Assembly (NCBI RefSeq): GCF_000485595.1
Contig: NW_014577076.1
Span: forward strand, 62,001 to 126,000
Direction: 5' to 3'
DNA length: 64,000 nt
Source of the DNA: Priapulus caudatus
Lineage: Eukaryota
Positions 28,039-40,670 of the stretch are shown here, one piece after another (positions within the stretch are counted from its first letter, which is position 1; each line of letters starts with the position of its first letter). The notes beneath the pieces are model-generated. The model did not search any database and was not told the origin of the DNA. It saw only the letters and a program-made list of their open reading frames with translations. A program made the position numbers and the translations under genes.

Positions 28039-28275
28039 GTGCGTGCGCGCGATCGTGCGTTCGTGAGCACGGACGTACGTACTTATGTGCGTGAGCGCAT
28101 GCGTGCTCGTTCATTACCTAATACGTCATTCCACCTATCGTTGAACGTAAACGTATGTAAAGTAACGTAAATTATGTGAATCGACACTCTGGCCCCACAA
28201 ACTTTGTTGTTACATAAAAATGGAGACAAAAATAACGTCGCGCGTCTCCGATGCGCATCCTGTCGTTCGCTATAG

Positions 28276-28492
28276 GAAGTACGTCGCCTCGCTGAAACGT
28301 CCGTTCGAGGTGCGCTACGATCCGCTCACGCAGACCATACAGGTGCTGGACAACGTCGATGAAGCCTCGAAGCTCGCTGACGCCATTCGCACCGACCTGC
28401 AGGTACTGTCGGTCGCCCTGCAGAGGATGAAGTCGCTGAGGGTCGCCAATTACTTCCAACAGCCTCGTGACGCTACCGTTGAAGATCCTTGA
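28276..28492 (+). CDS. TH: Tyrosine hydroxylase, last coding exon (C-terminal tetramerisation region)
   Basis: tatag| acceptor, phase 2, compatible with the previous exon. Encodes KYVASLKRPFEVRYDPLTQTIQVLDNVDEASKLADAIRTDLQVLSVALQRMKSL... to TGA at 28490-28492. AATAAA at 28901. Confidence 0.9.
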
Positions 28493-28815
28493 CGCATCCG
28501 CGACGCTGACGTTGATGACGGCTGACGCTGCGTTTATTGGGGTGGCGGCGATGTTGTGTGATGCAGCCGTGACGCAGCTGTAACGCTCACGACGGTGACA
28601 CGTGACGCAGCCATGATGCTGACGATGATTATGCTTGACGCAGCATTAACACTGACGGTTATAAAACATGACGCAGCTCCATGACGGTGACGCTGATGGT
28701 TCTTGACGCAGCAGCAACACTAATGTTTATAACGCATGACGCAGCTCCTTGACGCTGACGATGATGACGCTTGGCGCAGCAAGTCGACGGTTAATTTGCG
28801 GCTGGATGCAGCCGT
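28490..28815. repeat. Degenerate ~33-35-bp tandem repeat anchored on TGACGCAGC in the TH 3' UTR
   Basis: Recurrent tgacgcagc/tgacgctg at roughly regular spacing. Confidence 0.65.
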
Positions 28816-28996
28816 TATGTTACGATGAAAAGAAAAGTAAACAGTCACAAACGAAACAGGTAGAGAGTTGAATGTGTTTGAACGTCACTGACGTTATGTT
28901 AATAAACACAATAGCACCCGCACATGACAACACACACTGTAGTCGTAGTCACCGTCATTATAATCATAATTATATATTAATGCCTGTTGTTGGGGG

Positions 28997-29232
28997 CACT
29001 ATGCTCTCATAGTGTTGCTGAGGGAAGGTATAGTGCCCGAGCGGTAGCGAGGGCACTATTCCTTCCCAAAGCCACACTATGAGAGCATAGTGGATACACG
29101 CACGTACACGCGGGTACACGCACGTACACGCAGATACACGCACGTACACGCGGGTACAAGCACGTACACGCAGATACACGCACGTACACGCGGGTACACG
29201 GAGATACACGCACGTACACGCGGGTACACGCC
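28997..29232. repeat. 42-bp-arm palindrome followed by a 10-bp tandem array (ACACGCACGT/ACACGCGGGT)
   Basis: Arms 28997-29038 and 29051-29092 with 4 mismatches; array 29095-29232. Confidence 0.8.
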
Positions 29233-29503
29233 TGAGCGGGCACTATTGCTTGCGCGACGAATTGTTATTTATGTTATTGCATTTATGCATTGTTATTTGC
29301 ATTGTTCGAATTAAATTTCAAAATTCGAATTAAATTTTCCCTACCTGTAGCAGTTTTCCGGAGTCATCGACAGGTGGCGAGACCAGCGTTGTTATCAGTC
29401 AGACGACAACAACATGGAGCGCTCCAGATTTTTTTATTCACTTCATATTTGCCGAGTAGATTGCAAAGTCATGTGATGCACTAAAAACATGCGTGTACGT
29501 GTA

Positions 29504-29888
29504 CTACCAGAGGGACATCTTCTAGTTAGATGTCTGTCCTGATAGATGTCTACCAGGGGGACATCTCCTAGTTAGATGCCTGTCCTGATAGATGTCTACC
29601 AGAGGGACATCTCCTAGTTAGATGTCTGTCCTGATAGATGTCTACCAGAGGGACATCTCCTAGTTAGATGCCTGTCCTGATAGATGTCTACCAGAGGGAC
29701 ATCTCCTAGTTAGATGTCTGTCCTGATAGATGTCTACCAGAGGGACATCTCCTAGTTAGATGCCTGTCCTGATAGATGTCTACCAGAGGGACATCTCCTA
29801 GTTAGATGTCTGTCCTGATAGATGTCTACCAGAGGGACATCTCCTAGTTAGATGCCCGTCCTGATAGATGTCTACCAGAGGGACATCC
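29504..29888 (+). repeat. 46-bp minisatellite, ~8 copies
   Basis: Unit TACCAGAGGGACATCTCCTAGTTAGATGYCTGTCCTGATAGATGTC; no spacers. Confidence 0.95.
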
Positions 29889-32800
29889 CCTTCCGAGGTG
29901 ACACAACTGTTCTTACGCTCCCTGGAAGGTCGTTGGTTCGAATCGCATCTGTTTTTGTTTTTTTCTGTTTAGGGTTAGGGTTAGGGTTAGGGTTAGCGTT
30001 CACAATGCGTATACATGTGTAGACATGTGTATTATGGACCCGAGCGATCCCGAAGTTGCGCCCTACTACCGTTCGGCTATTTCCGGAAAAAAATGTGTAT
30101 TTCTCCCCGGTACACGATTCCTCGGATAGTGGCATTAATTTGCATAAGCGGCGCGGATTGGCTGTTGCCATGGCACTAAACAAAAAATATAATAAAAAAA
30201 TTATAAATATAAAGCAAGAAATATAGCTGACTATCCAGCTTTATGATGTAAGTTTCATTACGGATTTTCATGAATAGAAACGAGAGCAATAGCACATACT
30301 GTATATAGTAAGATACTACGTCTCATCACGAACATCCTCATAGGAATCCACCCGGGCATCCTTACAAAACATCCTCACGGAAACTATTCGACAGCTTTCG
30401 TAACTTTTAATTGCACGCAGACAGAAAGGCGTGTTTCAAAGAGGCAAAAATGAACGTACATATACGTGTCACCTGAAACGCGTTGCGTTTTAATGTGTAT
30501 TATGTCGTATATGTCGAATGTATTATGTTGAAATGTAATTAGTCCTCATATAGGCCAAATAAAATTGCGCCCGAATCATATCACCTAGTAAATTACTCAG
30601 TTATTACTTTACCTTTCTCCAGGTAATTAACCACCACTGGGAGCATAGTTATAACACTGAGTATGTGTGGTTATTGTGGTGTAATATTCACACGATATTG
30701 TGAATATAACCGCCAATTCGTGTGTATTTTTCATGTGCGTACAATAGCGTTATGGAGCTAGATGTTTATCTAGGAGAAAGTATATAACGTAAGTAAAATC
30801 TGCAATATTACATTTATTTAACAGGGAGCTGGCTAGTTAAAGAAATTACAGGTTCTCGTTTTTTAGTTCAATATTAAACCCGAATGCATTGTTGAAAAAT
30901 GTATTTGAATATGAAAATTGAAATTGCGTTAGCGGAAATTCAGCTTAAAATGTAAAATTGATCCTGGATACCTAAACTAAGTATGACAGCGCACATTAGT
31001 TGTAAATACATTAATTTGGTTTGAAAAGTGATTGAAAAGAAAAATTTGAATTTGTAGTGCGAAATTGCGTATAACAACGAGTACTTGGGTTAAAATGAAT
31101 AATACAGCAGGACATTATTTAAAGGTGTAAATTACCATCGAAATGTTGAGAACGGGCTTCAAATTGAAAATACGTGGCCTAAATGGAATTTTGTATTTGA
31201 ATTAATTATGAGTTTTGAAAATAGGTTGCATTGTAGATAATACATTGTAAGCCACTCAATAATTTAAAATAGTAGTAAAAGCTCAATGGTAATAGCGTTT
31301 GAAAAATAAACTGCTGAAGAGGAATATAACTTCCAACACTATACTGTTCCATCTGTATAAACACAGACTAGATTAAATTTGACAAAATCCAATGACAGGC
31401 AAACTGAAACAACCGTGTAACCCTGTAAGTTTCAGGATAAATAATGAAATAAACTTTATTGCACTTTAATTTAACTTGGCCGTTTGCGTCATAGAGATCC
31501 TATTATACACACTGCATATATAATAGGATCTCTATGGTTTGCGCGTGATCGTGTTTTGTCGGTTAGAACGTTTAGCGCATAATCGGACATTTATTGTTAG
31601 AATGTAAACATGCAGCTTCCATTAACCACCTAGACCGGAGACTAGTAAAGAAGATGTTCCGTACCGGATGAAACACGCTCAACACAAGCTGGGGCCCATT
31701 GTGAAAGAATCTTTGCGGTCACGAGTCTGTCACTGTGAAAAAAACGTACCGACTTTAAAACCCGATCGCAGAATCCTGTGTTAACCCTGGTTATCCGTTA
31801 GTGAAGACTCTTTTAATGAATCTTAACGCTAATGCAGATAGATATACTTGATTTAATTTTTAAATGCCGATGTGACGTGTTGGCCTATACGACATTAACC
31901 TGACAATTATATAAACAAAACAATTTGTTGAATTTCTAAAGTGGCTTTTAGATTGACAGCTACTGTAGTCACCTGGACTCTGACTCTGTAACCGCGTATG
32001 TATCTAGTTGAATTGTATAGAACAGTATCGGTCAAATATATTCAGGTTTGTTTGCGAAAATATAGGAAGAGTTATACCCACTCCGCCTTTAAGTGACAAG
32101 CGTACTATACCCGCGTATACAGTAGGTTTTTGAGCGTTGGCGTCGCCATTTTCGTTTCGCCTCGCACTCTCCGCACAAACCTTCCGCTTCTAGTATTGTA
32201 GTCTAGTATACGTAAAGTTTTGTACAATAATTAGATTGAAACGTCGTAAACGTCATGTAGTCTAAACTCACTGAACCACTTGAGAGTTTTACCTCTAGCA
32301 CGATATACATATCTATCTAACATCCTGCTTAAACCTCTATACAACTACTACAAACTATCTATACAACCTTGCATTGTGAAGAGTTCCTGTTTCTTGCTCA
32401 ATTTCGTAGATTAATGGGGCTTTGTAGATGTGGGGTTAGAAGGCTATTCGTCTAGATGCGTGGTTTGTACACGTATCTGGCCATCGTTTAGGCGTTTATA
32501 TACGATACATTCCATTACCACTGTAAGTCTAATTATGAGGAGTAATTATAATTTTATCGTCACTGCTCACTTTCATGTACTTATCTTAACCTGCTTATAT
32601 TGATTGCACAACGTGCGATTGGATGATTTTCTTACTTCGTTACTTCCGCACTCGCATGCGCGTTTTAACGCTGACACCGGTTACGCGCGACCCACTCGCC
32701 AATAAATCGTTGGTTCGGTCACAAATTTTCCCTGACAGCAGTAAAGTCAAACGACGACACTGGCGACTCGTGTGACAGAACATTCGTATCAACTAAATTC

Positions 32801-34512
32801 ATATTGCTTAGACGCGTCTGTGACACGGGTTTCACGTTAAATTTATCGCCGCGAGTTTATTGATGCCGTCGGCTCGTGGTCGCCATAATTTTCGTCGCTG
32901 CATGTTTATCGTGTATGACGGTAAAATATGCGCGTCTGGTGTTTGATTGAGAGAGTAAACGGCGCGTGTCCATGTGCAACGGAACAATTGATTAGACCAC
33001 GAGAGAGAAAGCACAGAGAAGGTAGATACGTTTGCAACCAGCCTGAAATGTGCGCCACAGTAAGCGTCAAGTAGGCCATGTCAATGTACACGTATGAATT
33101 ATGTCTCAATCTGAGCATTCGATCTACGGCACATTGCCTGCATGTATAACGGCCATGCTTTGTAAATAGCATAACGTGTAGTCCCCTGCAATTCTTTGAA
33201 ATGTTTATTTCAGTTTTCTTATGTAGTCAACATATACTTGAAAGTACTACATTTTTCACCACCACGTTCTTTTCTTACCACACAGTATAGCGTGATTACG
33301 GAATCATGTATTTTTTTCATACCAGGCACGATTGCAGCCAAGGCCTACATCGTACATGCGCGAAGAGTCGATAAGAGTTTCTCGACACAATAATTTATAT
33401 TTACTATACATATAGGCCTATATATATATATACTATAGGCGCATTTTAGAGCGTGGGTAGCGAATCTCCCCTTAAACAGCCATGCCGATTACAACTTCAT
33501 GTGGCACGGGGACTGGCGCTTAACCCGCTTGGTCTTGAGCTTTTAATGCTACCACTACAACTACTACACCTATACCACATCGATAATAATTATACAGTAG
33601 CGGCCGGGTCTCGTCGCCGTCGCGACGCAAAGTTGGTGCAGCCATGCCATACCGCGACACGCATGCAGGCTAAAACACTCGTGCTACCAGCTAATAACGT
33701 TATACCTGCTCATAAAAGTTTATAGGTTTCCGAGAACACGTATTGCTCGTTCGTCGTCATTCCATTATCGCAGCGTGTACTATAATCCGCGGGTGCGTTT
33801 AGAAACTCTCAGACATATCGTGGAGATCAATGCGCGCAGCTGGATGACCCTGAAAGCTATACACTCTCAACGCTGCCACGAACAGAGGAATGATTCGGCA
33901 ACACTCTATGCAACTATTACAGCATATAACGGAAATGATGCACATAAATTCAGTGCGCGTTGGACAGAGACGGGACGTGGAAAGGATATACGCGAGCCAG
34001 CCAGTATCATTTAGTTGTCAGGGTTTATGAGTCAGGGATTGGTTGAAAGCCCGTCCGTGGGCAAATTTCATGTTTGCTAGAAGGCTTGAAATGGTTTCTG
34101 CCTCGCTAGTTTAATCCGTGACCAAGCTTATTAATAGCACCGGCTATACAGTGCGATACGAATGAACGCGCACATTTCACGCATTTTGATGTAATTCGGA
34201 TTATTGAAGTGAATATATAATAGTTAGGGTTTATAATAATAGTAATTTAGTCTATACGTAATCATATTGCAGCTTATATGTATAGCTCACGGTGGCAATT
34301 ATCGCACTAAGACACACTTTTACGCCGAGACATGCTCAAATGTAACAATGCTAAAGGAGCAGCATTATGCTTGTCTATAACTCTACTTGAGTAGCCCCTT
34401 CGCTCGCGCTACAGGAATCCTGTAGCGAAAGAGAAGGGGCTACATCGGTAGAGGTAGTCTGTCTATAGATATAGCGATAGTCCGCACTCGAGCTCCAAAT
34501 AATACAACTCAC

Positions 34513-34979
34513 CTGAAGTCTGAGACATAGCCAAGGTTCCAACCCATGCTGGGTAGATTACCAATCAGGAAGGCTACTGTCCACGCGAGCACGAGCAGCC
34601 GCGTGATTTTTCTCTTCGTCATCGACCTCTTGTACCACTCGTAGTCGGTCACGGCGAAGTACCTGTCGATCGCCGCCACGACTAGCGTGAAGATCGGTAC
34701 GAAGCGTATGAACAGCATCGTGGCCGTGAGGAAGACGCATAGATGGTAGTTGCGCGGCTGTCCGTAGCTCGTGACGAGCACGAGCGGACAGCAGAAGAGA
34801 CCGACCATGAGATCGGACACGACGAGCGACAGCACGTAGAGATTGTTCGCCCTCTGCAGACGAGGGTTGTAATAGATGGCGAGCATCACGAACACGTTGC
34901 CGACAACGGAGGCCGTCGCCACGCAGCTCTCCGATGCCGAAAACCAGAGGCGCACGTCTCCCGGCATCGTCATGGTCAC
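34513..34979 (-). CDS. Adenosine-receptor-like class A GPCR, first coding exon (TM1-TM4)
   Basis: GN (TM1) with Glu at position 1.39, SLVVSD (TM2), GQPRNYHLC loop, AIDRY, and W...LIGNLPSMGWN, the PxxGWN end of TM4 typical of adenosine receptors. The exon ends at a TTCAG|gtgag donor. Confidence 0.85.
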
Positions 34980-36112
34980 TGTCGCCGCTCAGTTCCTCCG
35001 TAGTCGCCGAGGCGACCACGCGGTTACATCGCCGACGTTATCCATACGCGTATACGTGAAAATACATGTTCGTCAGCGACGACGCACACCGTCCGGGCGA
35101 TAGTTAGAATGACGTTGGATTGGCGCAGGAGGCGTGAACGGTCGACGCACGCGGGCTAGCGTGCACGCAGCGGTATCGTTTCTCTCGGAGCGTAGATTCC
35201 CCACGCGCTCTATCACGTCTTGTGGAAGTCGTTCATGAAGCACACTCAGTCTAATCACTGCGGGATATAGAACGAACAGGCAATCAATAGGCAGCTCCGC
35301 CGCGTTGCGCCTCGTCTGCACACTCGCGCGCGCACGTGCGTATTATAAAATTTCGATGGAAAATCTGCTGATATATTATATATATATATATACGCGCGAC
35401 GTGATACTGGCGTTCGAATTCAGTGTGCAGTGGTGGCGTCGATCACATGTCATCGTGTGCCTTTCGACTATCTCGAAACCATCTGAGTGCACTCATGTCA
35501 GCTAATCGTCATCGCCGACGGTCGCATTCACTGCGCACGCGTAAATGACCTTCAGCTTGTATCTTTTCGGCTTGTGTGATGAGCTTTTGCTAGCGGGACA
35601 GCACGCCTGGACGAACGTCGAATTGTTCTTATACGCGTGCATGCACTCGCACACAAACCCGTCATTAACTATGATTGCGACGAAGAGGGGTTCAATCAAC
35701 CATCCATCCAGTTTTTCATCGGCAATTTAGCACACAGCCCTGCGTGCTTTTAGTATGCGTGAAACCCCACATGAAAGGCCTACACTGAGATGACAGACTA
35801 CGTTTTCGTGCACGCTCTCGTCTACTAGGTCTTCCGCGCAGTACATTGTGGATTCCGCGCTCGCGCCGCAAGCTCGCACTCCACGCTGTCAATGTAGTAG
35901 AACAATAAACATAGCTACCACCTTCCAGCCACTACTTTCACCTACTTCCACCTTCCACCTTCCATCTTCCACCTTCCACCTTCCACCTTCCACCTTCCTT
36001 CTTCCACCTACCAGTCTTAAATATTATTCATGACCTGGGGTCATCGCACGAAAACGAGGCTAAGCTAGGCAATTTTGTAAACAATGGCTGCTCAGGCAGG
36101 CACGCACAGAGG

Positions 36113-36375
36113 GGGTACACGCACGTACACGCGGGTACACGCACGTACACACAGATACACGCACGTACATTCGGGTACACGGAAATACACGCACGTACAC
36201 GCGGGTACACGGAGATACACGCACGTATACGCGGGTACACGCACGTACACGCGGGTACACGCACGTACACGCACATACACGCACGTATACGCAGGTACAC
36301 GCACGTACACGCGGGTACACGCACGTACACGCAGGTACACGCGGGTACACGAACGTACACGCAGATACACGCACT
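36113..36375. repeat. 10-bp tandem array (same family and orientation as 29095-29232)
   Basis: gcacgtacac/gcgggtacac units. Confidence 0.9.
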
Positions 36376-36389
36376 GTCTTGATAGATGT

Positions 36390-36710
36390 CGGCATCTAAC
36401 TAGGAGATGTCCCTCTGGTAGACATCTATCAGGACAGACATCTAACTAGGAGATGTCCCTCTGGTAGACATCTATCAGGACAGGCATCTAACTAGGAGAT
36501 GTCCCCCTGGTAGACATCTATCAGGACAGACATCTAACCAGGAGAGGTCTCTCTGGTAGACATCTATCAAGACAGGCATCTAACTAGGAGATGTCCCTCT
36601 GGTAGACATCTATCAGGACAGACATCTAACTAAAAGATGTCCCTCTGGTAGACATCTATCAGGACAGACATCTAACTAGGCGATGTCCCTGTGATAGACA
36701 TCTATCTGAA
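36390..36710 (-). repeat. 46-bp minisatellite, ~7 copies, reverse complement of 29504-29888
   Basis: Unit GACATCTATCAGGACAGRCATCTAACTAGGAGATGTCCCTCTGGTA. Confidence 0.92.
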
Positions 36711-36883
36711 TATAGCTAAGCATCTAGCCGGGTCTATATAGCTATAGTTCATCTGAATATAGCTAAGTATCTATCGGTCTATCGGGCAGACATTTATATT
36801 ATTTATATTATATATATGAGAAACACATATCTACGAGACATCTATCTGGGAGATATTTATCTCGGAAACGTTTATCTGGTAGA

Positions 36884-36934
<51 letters not shown>

Positions 36935-38880
36935 TTACGCTATTGATGCATATAAAAATATACTGACGTATCATTAAGCGGATTTTAAATTACCAGTTAT
37001 TAACGAGCCTAATTGAATAACGCTCATATCCGTCGTGACGTGCGATTGCACGACGCTGTTCATATGCAATTAACGGAGGCAATTAACGCGAAGCAATTAA
37101 CGGAGGTTTTAACAGAGACGACTCTACGCACTGCCGCGTTAGTGCATTCACTTCACGCGCTGCAAAAAAAGCTTTTAAACAAATGACAATTACCGTCCGT
37201 TGGTAGTTTTACGATGCCAGCGCGAGATCATGCGCTACATTCAAGAAGATATGTACCAGTACGCATGAGATCCAATAGCACTTTCTGAACATCCTAAAGG
37301 TCTTCATCTATGCAAGTTCGATGACTTTATCTTTCTGGTTAAGCACTCAATCGAGATGATATGATGTGAGTGTCGGTGCCACACATGCATGTATAGACGG
37401 CCATTAACAATGGATTGACATGCACTAGTGTAATCAAGAGCGTATTAGAAGGCTTCTTAATACGCCCTTGCGTGTAATCCTCTCCATCGAAAATATCTTT
37501 TGCGAATCGTTGAGCATACAGGCCATTTGCAATACCCTTAAACGAAACATACTAACATGCACTAACTATATCATATGGCAATATGGCCTCTGTTTCTTCC
37601 GATACAAACATAGAAATTTTCAGTTAGGATAGAGTTTTCGTGACTGTAATCACCAGATAATAGTTTATTACCTACATCAGACCGTTACCCTAGTTACGCC
37701 GATTGACGCGAGGTCAGCTGATTTAATCATGATCCTATTCGACGTTGGCATCTGAATTGAACGTTAATATTACAGATGCGTGTAAGAATATTTACTATTT
37801 CGAGCGTAATATGCATACTAAAACGGTTTGGTGAGACGCAGTAAAGAACGCATTCTCAACTCTCGCACGGTTGTTACTATGGGTAAAAGTTATCGTTAGT
37901 CAGGGTACCGTGCGGTGATGTGGTTGCAAATCAAGGAAGGGGTAGACTTGTTGTCGTTAATAATCGGCACATACAGTTCCTAGTAACCTACATGTCTGAA
38001 TTTCATGTTTGAACACACAGATGATGCTGTTAGCTACACTATATATGCAGCTGGGCACATTAAAATGGTTTTTTTTTTAGCTAGTACACTAATGTGCAAA
38101 AAAAAAAACTGTGAGCGCAAAAGTACGACTCATTTAATTAATTGGATTTTATGGCCGCATGTCTGAATAGAGTTTTGATATATGAGGTGCCCTCCATTGC
38201 TGTGTTACACAGGCGGGTGCCTTATAATGATTTATTTTAGCAATTACAATTGAGGTTTTTAGGAGAATTTTCCGTACAGGAAGTGTTCAATAATAGCTAG
38301 AGTTAGACTACAAAAGCTACACCCGTTTTAATTTAACTTTGAATCCAAGGCTCAGTAGCGCGCGTTGAAATGACATGCTACATTGTAATTTACTATGACT
38401 AATTTACTATTCGAATTTCTAAAACCCATATTTTACGCTTAACGTTAACGCTTTATTAACACGTCGATAAACGCGTACAATAACAAAAAAATTTCGGGAA
38501 TTACTCTGACATTCAATTACGGAACCATATCAACAATTACTGATATGTTACATTCGGTTCCAGAGCAAAAATATCCAATAATTTTAATTTTCAATAGAAA
38601 CTATAAGAATATATCACGGCAGGACTAACATGTATTACGTCGCATCCTATCACAGACGATGGATGTATTGCCACTGGATACTCGATTTTTGTATGGGCGA
38701 AATAATGCAAGTTCGGTTGACCGCGTCAGCACCTGCCATGCCGGCAGATAGTCGTAGGAAATAGGAGACGCTGGATGAGAAATTATACGTGCCCACCCAC
38801 ACGCTATCATCCTTCTTGGCGCGTCGTACCACGATGCTGGCGTGTTATTCTACAACCATATATATATATATATATATATT
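36935..38880. repeat. ~1.9-kb segment duplicated at ~41380-43260
   Basis: Colinear from aaaatatactgacgtatcatta to attctacaaccatatata; the second copy has many 1-bp indels. Confidence 0.9.
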
Positions 38881-38883
38881 AGT

Positions 38884-38914
38884 CAGACAGACAGACAGAC
38901 ACACCGACAGACAC

Positions 38915-38957
<43 letters not shown>

Positions 38958-38986
38958 TACAGACAGACAGACAGACAGACAGACAT

Positions 38987-39029
<43 letters not shown>

Positions 39030-39076
39030 TACAGACAGACAGACACACCGACAGACAGACACACAGGTAGACAGGT

Positions 39077-39112
<36 letters not shown>

Positions 39113-39140
39113 GGACGGATAGACGGACGGACGAACAGAC
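38884..39140. repeat. (GACA)n microsatellite
   Basis: Visible directly. Confidence 0.95.
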
Positions 39141-39687
39141 AGGTAAACATTGGCCGTGCATGTCTCTTGAGGTGCACCATCAGTGCCGGCAGGCAGTCCT
39201 TGCATAACGACATGTTCATGGGAGTCATTAGGAGAGCATAAGCGCTTGGCATTTATGAAAGTCGAATGTGCATAACCGCCACGAGTGAGTGCACGGCTAC
39301 TAGCTAAGTGAGTGAGTGTGTGGTAAGCGTCAGCTCCCGGCATACGCAGCTCGTACAATTCCACCGTTGACCAATTTCTGCCGCACGCAAATTCGGCCTC
39401 GCTGCGCACTGGCCGAGCTTTGCAAACACGTTTTGAAACCGATCCGCTGGCCGTTAAAAGGAAAAACTTGTCGCAGGGAGCGGCTTAGTCGCCATTTACT
39501 GTTAATTAGGATGAGACCATTGACGTCGAGACGCGCTTCGGTGCGGCCACTCGTTGGTTACATGCTCTGCAAACTGGACTCTCGCACACTCTGCGTTGTA
39601 AACCGAGCAAGGAGTTGACACCGGGCACAAGTTATGATCATGATGTTCGGGATACGCGGACAAAACGGTTAATTAACGAATTTTGCA

Positions 39688-39924
39688 CAGGGGAGAGATA
39701 TAGTGATCCGCTAGGGGACGGCTCTGATTGGCTAATTTTCTCTTATTTATTTTATTTTTTATTATTTTTTGCTAATTTTGTTTTATTTTAGAATTAGGGA
39801 AAGGGTTAGGGTTAGGGTTAGGATTAGGGTTAGGGTTAGGGTTAGGATTAGGGTTAGGGTTAGGGTTAGGGTTAACTGATTTCTATATCCACAACTTATT
39901 TCTATTTTCACTATCTCTCCCCTG
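39688..39924. mobile_element. Second inverted-repeat cassette enclosing (TTAGGG)n
   Basis: CAGGGGAGAGATA(TA)GTGA at 39688-39706 vs TCACTATCTCTCCCCTG at 39908-39924. Telomeric repeat at ~39802-39873. Confidence 0.65.
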
Positions 39925-40223
39925 AGACCTACTATTAATTCACGCACACGGGTGCGTCGACCTCATAATCAGCATACATTGGGCATTGGCACAACAGAAC
40001 ACTGTAAATGTCTACCATTGATTACGAGTTACAGGCATGAAGCCCAGAACAATTTTCGTTACAGGCATTGTTTGTGCTATTTCACCCACCTCACTCAAAC
40101 TGGGGACACATAGATCGTAAAACGCATCGACACACGTTCTGCACAATTACGTAGACAATTCCACTCAAATTCCCGTGCTACTGTACCCGGTGTGGGTAGC
40201 ATTGCGTCGGATATGCTTGCAGC

Positions 40224-40670
40224 CAGGGCCCGATTTAGGAGTGGGCAGAGTGTGCAGCTGCCCACGGGCCTCCACAAACCAGGGGCCTCTACATATTTGA
40301 TTTAAAAAAGATTGTTAAGAAAAAATATAGGCTGACCTGAATGACATGCACGCAACCCGTATCAATCAAAACCAAACCGTTATTGTGCGCATTTTACATC
40401 TTACATACGTAAGACATAGCGGCATAACCCATATTGTATTTGTTTGTGAATGGTATAGTCAACTACAGGGAGAAACGTACCAACAGTTCAACGTAGCCAA
40501 TATTCTCTCTCTTATTGCAGTTGACTTTTTTATTTTGCAAGATAGCCCTATACACATAATATGTATCTATGTCTTGTTACCTTTTAGGTTTTAGTATTCT
40601 TTCTAAGGTAGGGTGGGCCTCCACAAATGATGGCTGCCCACGGGCCTCCACATGTCTAAATCGGGCCCTG
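40224..40670. mobile_element. 447-bp non-autonomous hAT element (MITE)
   Basis: Perfect 15-bp TIR CAGGGCCCGATTTAG, perfect 8-bp TSD CTTGCAGC (40216-40223, 40671-40678), and repeated subterminal GGGCCTCCACA. Confidence 0.92.

Noticed and set aside
29504..29888. Palindromic 46-bp repeats resembling a CRISPR array
   Set aside because: Units are contiguous with no unique spacers, there are no cas genes, and the context is eukaryotic.
31633..31733. AG/GT-bounded minus-strand segment as possible GPCR exon 2
   Set aside because: In the compatible phase it gives a non-hydrophobic peptide ending in a stop, with no TM5 similarity.
33995..34150. tRNA-like A/B box traces (also ~62955-62995 on the minus strand)
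   Set aside because: No cloverleaf can be folded; at most decayed SINE heads.
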